A stretch of 64,000 nt of DNA from an uncultured virus (IMG/VR IMGVR_UViG_3300032087_002549) (lineage: Duplodnaviria; Heunggongvirae; Uroviricota; Caudoviricetes; Crassvirales). How positions within the stretch are numbered: position 1 is the first letter of the stretch; each line of letters starts with the position of its first letter. The translations under genes and the position numbers were made by a program. Under the pieces are notes generated by a model. The model was given only the letters and a program-made list of their open reading frames with translations, did no database searches and was not told the origin of the DNA. Location of the stretch: the IMG/VR virus record IMGVR_UViG_3300032087_002549; one strand, 5' to 3'. This document shows positions 40,816 through 48,263 of this stretch, piece after piece.

Positions 40816-42364
40816 TTATTCTCATATTAGAAATTACACAATCAGCTGATATAATAGTCGTAACTACTGATACAGCATTTTTTAGCGCCGATTTTGTAAC
40901 CAAAACCGGATCGATGATTCCAGACTTAATCATATTAACCTTTTTACCGGTTACTACGTTTATACCTTGACCTTTAACTAGTTTACTAGGTTTTTCAATA
41001 CCCGCGTTATCTAGTATTATATTAAAAGGTGTTTGTATTGCCTGTAATAATAATTCTTCTCCAAGATTCTTAGGTTTTATATTGTTACTAGCATTAAGTA
41101 ACGCTATACCACCTCCAGGTACGATGCCTTCTTGTAAAGCTGCTTTGGTAGCATATATCGCATCTTCGATCCTGTCCTTCTTCTCTTTTAGCTCTACCTT
41201 ACTATCAGCTCCGACAAAAACTATGCCGACTGATCCATTTAGTATTGCTAATCTCTCTTGTTGTTTCTTTTTTAGAAAAGGATTTTTAGTTTCCTTACCT
41301 ATTATATCTTTTACTTGTTTTATACGATCTTTAAGGTTTTTACCAGATTTATTTACAGTAAACACTGTATGTTTGTTATCTGTCACAGTTTTAACTGCTT
41401 CACCAAGACAATCTACGTCAATAAGATCAAAATCATCACCAAGCTCTTCATTAATAACTTTAGCACCTGTTACTATGGCTAAGTCTTCAGTACTGTCCTG
41501 TTTAGTAGGACCAAAGCCAGGTAAGTCAATAAAGTTTATTTTAATGTTACCTTTTACTTTATTTGCTAATAATGCTGCTTTAGGTTGTTGTTCTAACTCA
41601 CCAACTATAAGCAAAGATCTATTTTTCTTTATACAATGTTCTAATATAGGTTGTATTTTACGAATATTAGGTATTGGCGACGATGTGATTAATACTAGAG
41701 GATTATCTAATTCGGCAACACCTCTATCTTTATCGGTGACAAGGTGCGGAGATTTTAATGGAGACTTTATCTGTATACCATCAACAACATCAACATATGT
41801 TTCTCCTGTTGGTGATTCTTCCATTAGTACTACACCATCTTTGCCTACTTTATTATAAGCTGATGATATAAAGGTACCAAGCTCTTTGTCGTTATTAGTA
41901 GATATTGTAGCTACATGCTCAAGTAAGTCATCATCAACTGATATACTTTCTTTATCTAAATACTTAATAACTTTATCTGTAGCTGTTTTAATACCATCTT
42001 TTATCTCTCTAACATTGCCAGCCTCTCTAGCATTAGCAATCTTTAAAAGTGAATGAGCGAGAACGGTAGCCGTAGTGGTACCATCCCCTGCTTCTTTCAC
42101 AGTATTACTAGCCGCTTCCTTTATAAGTGTTGCACCTATATTTTCAACCGGGTCATATAAGACAACAGATTCAGCTACTGTTACACCGTCTTTTGTTATC
42201 ACCGGTTTTCCTAATGCATCTTCATAGATGACACATTTTCCTGAAGCGCCTAAAGTAGATTTAACTGCATTGTTCAGTTTATCTACGCCTTCAATAATTC
42301 TTGCTTTAGCCTCATCGCTAAAGTTCAGATCTTTTACAATCTGACTAGGTTGATTATATTCCAT
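40799..42364 (-). CDS. groEL: Chaperonin GroEL
   Basis: ITKDGVTVA, AGDGTTTATVLA, EGIVPGGG and GIIDP motifs. Lacks the GGM tail. Confidence 0.95.
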   Translation of the reverse strand: MEYNQPSQIVKDLNFSDEAKARIIEGVDKLNNAVKSTLGASGKCVIYEDALGKPVITKDGVTVAESVVLYDPVENIGATLIKEAASNTVKEAGDGTTTATVLAHSLLKIANAREAGNVREIKDGIKTATDKVIKYLDKESISVDDDLLEHVATISTNNDKELGTFISSAYNKVGKDGVVLMEESPTGETYVDVVDGIQIKSPLKSPHLVTDKDRGVAELDNPLVLITSSPIPNIRKIQPILEHCIKKNRSLLIVGELEQQPKAALLANKVKGNIKINFIDLPGFGPTKQDSTEDLAIVTGAKVINEELGDDFDLIDVDCLGEAVKTVTDNKHTVFTVNKSGKNLKDRIKQVKDIIGKETKNPFLKKKQQERLAILNGSVGIVFVGADSKVELKEKKDRIEDAIYATKAALQEGIVPGGGIALLNASNNIKPKNLGEELLLQAIQTPFNIILDNAGIEKPSKLVKGQGINVVTGKKVNMIKSGIIDPVLVTKSALKNAVSVVTTIISADCVISNMRINESDQ

Positions 42365-42385
42365 TTAATTAAATTTTATTATTGC

Positions 42386-42670
42386 CTATTTAAATTCTTT
42401 AACTACTTTTGGTCCTTTAATAAACTCTAATCGTTTATTATAATGATCAATGCTACTATCAATAGCTTGTTCGGCACCATCTATAGTTTCTCTTCTTGTA
42501 ACGTCTACCCAGGCTTCATCGAAGTCTTGGTATTCGGTTTGGTAAAATCCATTAGGTAGCTGGACTATTCTCCAGTTTTTCTTTTCAGCTAAATGCTTCC
42601 AATATTTAATGGTTTCCTCGTTTGCTTGTGGTTGACTAGATGTACTAGTCCTGTAATAAAAATACGTCAT
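42386..42670 (-). CDS. Hypothetical protein
   Basis: 94-aa ORF upstream of GroEL. Confidence 0.55.
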   Translation of the reverse strand: MTYFYYRTSTSSQPQANEETIKYWKHLAEKKNWRIVQLPNGFYQTEYQDFDEAWVDVTRRETIDGAEQAIDSSIDHYNKRLEFIKGPKVVKEFK

Positions 42671-42702
42671 TGTATTAGGGTTTTAGGGTGCAGAGGAATA
42701 GT

Positions 42703-42936
42703 TTATTCTTTTTTCGTACCGCGTCCTCTGTTTCCACGGTTCGATTTTACACTTACGAATCGTTTGGTTTTGTGATCGTAATCTTTACCTTGTAAGTTCT
42801 TTCCTGCTTTAATAGCAGCACGTCTCTTACGCTGGTTTTCAGCTCGCATCTTCTTACGTCTCGCGCTATTAGCGGTTTTCAAATCTCTACTCTTCTTAGC
42901 CGCTTTAGCTTTGATACTTAGTTTTTGCTTTGCCAT
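42703..42936 (-). CDS. Small very basic protein with HNH-like remnant
   Basis: 77 aa Lys/Arg-rich, GKDYDH...SVKSNRG. Confidence 0.5.
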   Translation of the reverse strand: MAKQKLSIKAKAAKKSRDLKTANSARRKKMRAENQRKRRAAIKAGKNLQGKDYDHKTKRFVSVKSNRGNRGRGTKKE

Positions 42937-42978
42937 ACTATAGTATATTACATGTATTTATAGTGTTTTAAAATAATG

Positions 42979-43023
42979 GTGACAATTGCCTCTTACTATT
43001 AGGATCTATATAGCTAGTGTCAC
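42979..43023. promoter_or_regulatory. 45-bp element with TGACA...TGTCA inverted ends (copy 1)
   Basis: GTGACAATTGCCTCTTACTATTAGGATCTATATAGCTAGTGTCAC. Its reverse complement aligns ungapped to 50020-50064. Confidence 0.6.
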
Positions 43024-43202
43024 ATAAAAAAAGTTGTAAGATATATTGGAGTAAAGTATTGCAACTACACTCTCGTACTTTGCTCGCATAATAAAAATCA
43101 TTTATAGAAAAGCGGGGCCCCCTCTTTATATTATATTTGTATAAAACTTTCACACTTTTTCTAGAAATACATACTATTATTTAAGTTTTTGTATAAATAT
43201 AT

Positions 43203-43234
43203 TACATAGTAAATACGACTTGTTAATGATAATA
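43203..43234 (+). promoter_or_regulatory. Phage promoter-like motif TACA-N5-AATACGA-N9-GATAATA, copy 1
   Basis: Exact match with fixed spacing. Seven copies found in the early region. Confidence 0.75.
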
Positions 43235-43334
43235 GTAATGTAAGTAAAATATATATAAAATATGTTAGATAAAGAGAGAAAGTGCGGAATACTATTACAC
43301 ACCAAACTAATACTAAACAATGTAACTACTTTTA

Positions 43335-43366
43335 TACATACAAAATACGAACTTACAAAGATAATA
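43335..43366 (+). promoter_or_regulatory. Promoter-like motif, copy 2
   Basis: TACA-tacaa-AATACGA-acttacaaa-GATAATA upstream of ORF 43411. Confidence 0.75.
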
Positions 43367-43410
43367 TAAACGTAACTAATAACAAATATTAATAATTAAA
43401 TTTTAAAACT

Positions 43411-43638
43411 ATGAGTAACTTAATTTCAAAAAGATTCGTCGTAAGACAATCACTAGTCGGTAAAAATCAAACTATTGAATTCACAAATAAAAAAGGTGAT
43501 ACAATAACGTATAATCACGACAAAGTCTTCTCACTAATGAAAGATACACTAACTAAACTTCCATGTTGGTTAAAGTACAAATCATACACTGCAACTAATA
43601 ATATACCAGTTGTACTAAGAGGTAAAGAGTTAGTATAA
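43411..43638 (+). CDS. Early hypothetical protein
   Basis: 75 aa, first ORF after the motif pair. Confidence 0.6.
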   Translation: MSNLISKRFVVRQSLVGKNQTIEFTNKKGDTITYNHDKVFSLMKDTLTKLPCWLKYKSYTATNNIPVVLRGKELV

Positions 43639-43698
43639 TCTAACTCAACCTCAACTGATCGTCTTGGAGCAGAGGTGGGTTTCGATTACCCTCGCGAT

Positions 43699-43730
43699 TA
43701 CAACCTTAATACGAATACTAATAGATAATA
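43699..43730 (+). promoter_or_regulatory. Promoter-like motif, copy 3
   Basis: TACA-acctt-AATACGA-atactaata-GATAATA. Confidence 0.75.
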
Positions 43731-43740
43731 TAATAAACAA

Positions 43741-43872
43741 ATGAAAAGAAAATTTACACACTACGTAATCAACACAGTATTAATCGGTCTTACTACATTG
43801 TTCGCCTTCGGTTTTGTAAATCTTGTGTATCACTTAATGTTTAACAACCCAACTATTACTTATGGATTTTAA
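43741..43872 (+). CDS. Small membrane peptide (43 aa)
   Basis: MKRKFTHYVINTVLIGLTTLFAFGFVNLVYHLMFNNPTITYGF, directly after the motif. Confidence 0.5.
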   Translation: MKRKFTHYVINTVLIGLTTLFAFGFVNLVYHLMFNNPTITYGF

Positions 43873-43954
43873 TATAAAAGAATTTATAAAAGATGTACTG
43901 TTTTTAGTATTACTATTCGGTACACTATATGTTTCACTAATAATATTTCACTAA
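43862..43954 (+). CDS. Small membrane peptide (30 aa)
   Basis: MDFNIKEFIKDVLFLVLLFGTLYVSLIIFH, overlaps the previous ORF end. Confidence 0.4.
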   Translation: MDFNIKEFIKDVLFLVLLFGTLYVSLIIFH

Positions 43955-43969
43955 TGGATAAATTAATAT

Positions 43970-44098
43970 ATGATAATTACTAATAAAATAACAGGTAGAG
44001 ATGTAACAAAAGAGTGGTTTGCGTTACTTGAAGGTATAATTACTAAAGATGAATTTGAAGTAATAACATTAACTCGTCCTAAAACTAAACAACTATGA
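43970..44098 (+). CDS. Small hypothetical protein (42 aa)
   Basis: MIITNKITGRDVTKEWFALLEG..., with an ATGA overlap into a further small ORF at 44095-44220. Confidence 0.4.
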   Translation: MIITNKITGRDVTKEWFALLEGIITKDEFEVITLTRPKTKQL

Positions 44099-44190
44099 GA
44101 AAATACTCACATAAAAAAATACTAAAACTTACTCGACAACAAATAATGTTAGTTGAAGATGAATGGTATGACAAGTTTAATAGAAGTTAT

Positions 44191-44222
44191 TACAAACAAA
44201 ATACGACTTTAGCAAGATAATA
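44191..44222 (+). promoter_or_regulatory. Promoter-like motif, copy 4
   Basis: TACA-aacaa-AATACGA-ctttagcaa-GATAATA upstream of ORF 44234. Confidence 0.75.
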
Positions 44223-44233
44223 TAATAAAAAAT

Positions 44234-44419
44234 ATGAATAAAATCAAAATCAACCAATACAACTCACTTAAACAACCAACTTCTTATACATTATACTATG
44301 CAAATGGCGATGTCGAAGTAGTTAACAAAATAATAACTAGTAGTTACTATGATGGTGCTGACCAAAGTTGTCACTCATATCGCAAGTTCTACAAAATAAA
44401 CAATACACTATATGCCTAA
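44234..44419 (+). CDS. Early hypothetical protein
   Basis: 61-aa ORF after the motif. Confidence 0.5.
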   Translation: MNKIKINQYNSLKQPTSYTLYYANGDVEVVNKIITSSYYDGADQSCHSYRKFYKINNTLYA

Positions 44420-44651
44420 ATACTACGAAGATTTAACACTAGAGCAAATGTTTGAGCAATATGATCACACTCATATGATGTCAGACGACCATAGAGCGTA
44501 TCAAAATGGCCAACGCCAACGCGAGATATGGATAAAAAAGATGCAAGATGAGCATGGTGGCTGGACAAAAGAACTAGTCGATATGTATAACAAGCATGCG
44601 CCTGCAGGTAGGTTTCAACTTGATTGGCAATTTATAAAAATGGCGGGGTAG
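44412..44651 (+). CDS. Early hypothetical protein
   Basis: 79 aa, MSDDHRAY motif. The 3' end overlaps the tRNA 5' end. Confidence 0.55.
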   Translation: MPKYYEDLTLEQMFEQYDHTHMMSDDHRAYQNGQRQREIWIKKMQDEHGGWTKELVDMYNKHAPAGRFQLDWQFIKMAG

Positions 44652-44713
44652 AGCAGTGGTAGCTCGTGAGGCTCATAACCTCAAGGTCGGTGGTTCGACT
44701 CCACCTCCCGCAA
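44642..44713 (+). tRNA. tRNA-Met(CAT), initiator-like
   Basis: Cloverleaf: GGCGGGG/TCCCGCA acceptor with 1:72 mismatch, GAGC/GCTC D stem (A11-U24), TGAGG-CTCATAA-CCTCA anticodon arm, GGTGG-TTCGACT-CCACC T arm. CCA not encoded. Confidence 0.9.
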
Positions 44714-44728
44714 CTAAATTTAATAACT

Positions 44729-45172
44729 ATGACACACGAAAGTAAATATAAACAAGAACAAGAAGCACTTGAGAATGCATTTGTAAGACAATTGCTTATT
44801 AAGTACAATATTAAAGAAGTAACTACGCAAAGACAAGCGATCAATGGTACAAGAGAATTTGAATTTCCTGTATCTTCGCTAGCACCTAATACAAGGTATG
44901 GTAGAGTAAAACCAGATAGCTTTCCTAAATTAAGATTAGCGTGTTTCAAAACAGGTTATGTAAGAAAACAAAACGGTTGCTACTCACCGTATCAACTAAA
45001 CCCTACATATAAAAGAAAGAAAAAGTGGGTATTTTTAGAGTCAAATGGCACTGTAACTAAAACGTTTACCACTATATCAAGAGCTAGAATATATAAAGGT
45101 CTTGCTAGATTAAACTATATGTTAGAATACTACTTAAGAAATTACAAACAAAATACGAATCCTGTCAGATAA
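44729..45172 (+). CDS. Hypothetical protein
   Basis: Start moved to MTHESK because the track start overlaps the tRNA. Confidence 0.55.
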   Translation: MTHESKYKQEQEALENAFVRQLLIKYNIKEVTTQRQAINGTREFEFPVSSLAPNTRYGRVKPDSFPKLRLACFKTGYVRKQNGCYSPYQLNPTYKRKKKWVFLESNGTVTKTFTTISRARIYKGLARLNYMLEYYLRNYKQNTNPVR

Positions 45173-45174
45173 TA
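45143..45174 (+). promoter_or_regulatory. Promoter-like motif, copy 5
   Basis: TACA-aacaa-AATACGA-atcctgtca-GATAATA. Confidence 0.75.
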
Positions 45175-45181
45175 TATACGA

Positions 45182-45394
45182 ATGACAAAATGTAAATGTA
45201 AAAATATAATACCTCCGCAGCGCCTCGCACTAGGTTATACCTCTTGCGTCGACTGTTCGACCACTGAACCATATGGCTGTGTGGCAATCACATACCATAA
45301 AACCGGCAATACTATTCAAATTATGCCAAAAAGTCAGGCGAAACGTGTAAGAAAGCTTGGCGCTAGACGAGGTTATGGAACATGCTTAAGATAA
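45182..45394 (+). CDS. TraR/DksA-type C4 zinc-finger protein
   Basis: CKC...IPPQRLALGYTSCVDC. Confidence 0.55.
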   Translation: MTKCKCKNIIPPQRLALGYTSCVDCSTTEPYGCVAITYHKTGNTIQIMPKSQAKRVRKLGARRGYGTCLR

Positions 45395-45398
45395 TAAT

Positions 45399-45617
45399 AT
45401 GGCAAAAATAAAACAAATGGACATAGTAGCAGAAGAAATAGCTACAGATATACTAGAAGAAATATACAAACATAGTGATTGGCAAATCGGCCAGTTCTTA
45501 CCAGAATCTTGTGAGGGCGATGAATACAATGATGCTCATAGTTACCTCGTAAAGCTGGTCGCTCGCCACATCGCTATTAAAACAGATGTAATAACTAACC
45601 AATACTACGATGAGTGA
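45399..45617 (+). CDS. Hypothetical protein
   Basis: 72-aa acidic ORF. Confidence 0.5.
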   Translation: MAKIKQMDIVAEEIATDILEEIYKHSDWQIGQFLPESCEGDEYNDAHSYLVKLVARHIAIKTDVITNQYYDE

Positions 45618-45852
45618 TTCAATAAAAGCATGGTATGACATGCAAGACGAAGAAAAATTAAAGACTATCGAAGAGTCTAATGAAAGAAGATATTTATGGG
45701 TACTAGACTTTGAAGAAGCCAGAGTATTCATGTATAACATTAACAGAACAGATTTAGAACATGAGCATTATGAAGATATAATGAAACTAAAAGGTCATAA
45801 TCCAAATAATTGCGAGTGGATGATTTGCAAGTCAGATCAAATCTATAAATAG
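45610..45852 (+). CDS. Hypothetical protein
   Basis: 80 aa, overlaps the previous ORF. Confidence 0.5.
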   Translation: MSDSIKAWYDMQDEEKLKTIEESNERRYLWVLDFEEARVFMYNINRTDLEHEHYEDIMKLKGHNPNNCEWMICKSDQIYK

Positions 45853-45924
45853 GGAGTGATAAGGTGAGCGACAACCGCGGCGAAAGCAAAGGTGTCAACG
45901 GCGGTTCGATTCCGCCCACTTCCA
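45852..45924 (+). ncRNA. tmRNA tRNA-like-domain-only RNA (Ala identity, no tag ORF)
   Basis: Acceptor GGGAGTG/CACTTCC with G3-U70 and A73, T arm GGCGG-TTCGATT-CCGCC, unpaired D-like segment ATAAGGTGAGC, GACAACC/GGTGTC helix capped by GC-GAAA-GC. Confidence 0.7.
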
Positions 45925-45929
45925 CTAAA

Positions 45930-46008
45930 TACCGGCCTAACAGTAAATCGACGCCTTGGCTTCCTTAAGGTATCAGTTGTACAAAGCCAGTCGTAGTGAC
46001 AGCCGGTA
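45930..46008 (+). ncRNA. Structured RNA candidate
   Basis: Nested stems TACCGGC/GCCGGTA, CGAC/GTCG and TGGCTT/AAGCCA in a GC-richer intergenic segment. Confidence 0.45.
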
Positions 46009-46014
46009 AGATAT

Positions 46015-46046
46015 TACAATACAAATACGAATGTGTTTGGATAATA
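46015..46046 (+). promoter_or_regulatory. Promoter-like motif, copy 6
   Basis: TACA-ataca-AATACGA-atgtgtttg-GATAATA upstream of ORF 46072. Confidence 0.75.
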
Positions 46047-46071
46047 CAATAAACAATTAAATATAATCACA

Positions 46072-46314
46072 ATGAGCAAAATTAAATCAGTTTACGACTT
46101 GCTAAAACCTTCAGTTAAATCTGAGTTGCAAGCTAGCGCTAGAAAATACTCCAGTGCTAAACTACTTAAGTATACTCTTATGTCTAAGACCCACTGGTCA
46201 GACCTTACAATGAGAGATATATCAGAGTTACTAACTTATTCTAACCTAACAGGTTACAAGCTATCAGCTTACGACTTTATGTATGGTGACAATATAATAG
46301 ATGATAAACAATGA
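46072..46314 (+). CDS. Hypothetical protein
   Basis: 80-aa ORF. Confidence 0.55.
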   Translation: MSKIKSVYDLLKPSVKSELQASARKYSSAKLLKYTLMSKTHWSDLTMRDISELLTYSNLTGYKLSAYDFMYGDNIIDDKQ

Positions 46315-46787
46315 AAAATGTTTTAACACCTGATATAGTCAGAGAAGAATTAGAAAAAGACGGCATTATATTCGGCTTACGAGATGAAGATGCTGCAGAA
46401 AAATTACTAGAGTATTTTGAAAATGACTTTGGTAGCACTATAGATTACGAATCATCATGGGCCAAAGGTCATGAAGGTTTACTAATATACACACAAAGTA
46501 CCGCTGATTCATATGATTTATATGTGTGCACTAATACACACGGTAATGATATATATTGGGACAGTGATGTATTCTATTACGAAGACCATAACACGTTTTC
46601 TGAAAGAGCTATTGAACAGTTAGCTTCTGGTTCAGATGTGTGGGTTGATCCTTCTATATGGGATGAGATGGAGTATGAATTTAATGCTCATTGCACTGAT
46701 GCATATGAAGATTATTACAGTGAATTATTTGATGATAAAAAAGAACAATTATTAGAATCAGGAAAATATGATAGATATGAAGACTAA
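46311..46787 (+). CDS. Highly acidic hypothetical protein
   Basis: 158 aa, Asp/Glu/Tyr-rich. Confidence 0.6.
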   Translation: MKNVLTPDIVREELEKDGIIFGLRDEDAAEKLLEYFENDFGSTIDYESSWAKGHEGLLIYTQSTADSYDLYVCTNTHGNDIYWDSDVFYYEDHNTFSERAIEQLASGSDVWVDPSIWDEMEYEFNAHCTDAYEDYYSELFDDKKEQLLESGKYDRYED

Positions 46788-47052
46788 ACAAGAAAAACCT
46801 AAATGGTTTAAAGGCGCTTGGTATAAAACAGGTGATATTGTAGAAAATCCATTTAGTGGTGAGTTCTGTGAACTAACAGGTCCAGAATTAAGTATGTATG
46901 ACTTTATTAAAGGCGCTGAATATACTATAGCAGTGACCTATAATGATGATATACTACACCCTGATACAAGTAAATTACAAAATGAATTGTATAAAGGTAT
47001 TGATTGGTTTAGATCAGAAAATCCTTCAGCTTATATGACATTACTAGATTAA
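46768..47052 (+). CDS. Hypothetical phage protein
   Basis: NPFSGE..EL...ELSMYDFIKG...WFR.ENP.AYM.LLD. Confidence 0.6.
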   Translation: MIDMKTKQEKPKWFKGAWYKTGDIVENPFSGEFCELTGPELSMYDFIKGAEYTIAVTYNDDILHPDTSKLQNELYKGIDWFRSENPSAYMTLLD

Positions 47053-47053
47053 T

Positions 47054-47368
47054 ATGACAACAGAACAATTTAATGCGTTAGTAAATGAGTTAGACTCTTA
47101 CGCGCAAGAAACAATGAATAAAAAAGGTCCTGAATATACTATGCAGGATAAAGACGTGCTAAACAACTTTAAATCTACTGCTAAAAAGCTTGGTGTAGAT
47201 CCGTTGATAGTATGGTATGCTTATTTTGATAAGCAAGTTAGCTCAGTTGCTTCACATGTTAGCAATGAAGATCTGAATAAAGCAGAGCCTATGATCAGTA
47301 GGTTCGGTGATATAATAAACTACGCAAAGCTTGGCTTCGCATTATTTAGAGAAAGAGATGATGTGTAA
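47054..47368 (+). CDS. Nucleotide-modification-associated (Nmad1/DUF1599-like, MazG clan) protein
   Basis: KKGPEY...DVLNNF...SRFGDIINYA pattern. Confidence 0.5.
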   Translation: MTTEQFNALVNELDSYAQETMNKKGPEYTMQDKDVLNNFKSTAKKLGVDPLIVWYAYFDKQVSSVASHVSNEDLNKAEPMISRFGDIINYAKLGFALFRERDDV

Positions 47369-47522
47369 AAATGTTATGGTGACTTTGTTGTCTCTAGTAG
47401 AAAAAGAGATGAAAAAAAGAATCGAACATTCATACTTTGAAGAAGAGTCTGACAAGTGGAGTAAGTTCCATGATTATATCAGAGAAATACGTTTAACAAT
47501 AAATAAAGGCGGAATAAAATGA
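47358..47522 (+). CDS. Hypothetical protein
   Basis: Short ORF coupled to neighbours. Confidence 0.4.
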   Translation: MMCKNVMVTLLSLVEKEMKKRIEHSYFEEESDKWSKFHDYIREIRLTINKGGIK

Positions 47523-47983
47523 GTACAAGAAATTTAACAATGATAGTTGATAGAGACTACGCAAGTCAAAACGAATTAGGTTTTGCTGCTAATCCATCAG
47601 TATATAGTGACAACAGCTATGTAAATATGTATTTACATCACGATGGTTACCCTGAATGGCAAGGCGTACAGTTAGCAAACTGGTGTCACGCTAATGCTAG
47701 ACAAGATGGCTCTGCTATGGCTGCAAAGCTAGTACACGATATGTACTATGACAGTTGCTACTTATATGCAGACCATCAAAACATAGATCATAACTATACT
47801 TATACAATATGGGTAGGTGATGCTGATGATATATGGATTAGTTGCTGGAATCAGTATACTAGCAGATGTGTATTTGTATTAAAGCCAGAAAAAATTATAT
47901 CTAAGTATATGAAAGATATGGAGTACACAGACTTTGCAAATAATGAAACAAGATACAAAATAAATACGGATGGATTTAGATAA
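47519..47983 (+). CDS. Phage protein of the Y.H.DGYP family
   Basis: MSTR N-terminus and MYLHHDGYPE motif. Confidence 0.6.
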   Translation: MSTRNLTMIVDRDYASQNELGFAANPSVYSDNSYVNMYLHHDGYPEWQGVQLANWCHANARQDGSAMAAKLVHDMYYDSCYLYADHQNIDHNYTYTIWVGDADDIWISCWNQYTSRCVFVLKPEKIISKYMKDMEYTDFANNETRYKINTDGFR

Positions 47984-47985
47984 TA
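47954..47985 (+). promoter_or_regulatory. Promoter-like motif, copy 7 (one mismatch)
   Basis: TACA-aaata-AATACGG-atggattta-GATAATA. Confidence 0.65.
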
Positions 47986-48263
47986 TAAACGATGCAACAA
48001 TTGATTTGATAACCGAAGCTGTAATTAAAAAAATGCTTTACAAATTCAAACAAGAGTATCATCAACTTGAAACACCTATGAGTATTCAAGAATTAATGAA
48101 AGGCTATATGCCATTCAGAGAAACTGAAGAAGAATATCTAATTGCTGAAATGGCTAGACTACACACGTTGTTAGCTTTATATGAAGGCAATGAAGAGTTC
48201 ATGAAAGCAGCAATAATAAAAAGAAGATTAGAAATAGTAGAAAATAAATTAAACAACTTATGA
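47970..48263 (+). CDS. Hypothetical protein with UVR-like C-terminal helix
   Basis: NEEFMKAAIIKRRL. The true start may be downstream of the overlapping motif. Confidence 0.45.
   Translation: MDLDNINDATIDLITEAVIKKMLYKFKQEYHQLETPMSIQELMKGYMPFRETEEEYLIAEMARLHTLLALYEGNEEFMKAAIIKRRLEIVENKLNNL

Noticed and set aside
41082..41858. 258-aa plus-strand ORF
   Set aside because: Antisense shadow of groEL.
44632..44949. Minus-strand ORF and the extended 44666 start
   Set aside because: Both overlap the tRNA. The ATG at 44729 is the more plausible start on the plus strand.
45852..46008. Complete or permuted two-piece tmRNA gene
   Set aside because: Both acceptor strands lie within 73 nt in normal order, and no tag reading frame or pseudoknots are evident.
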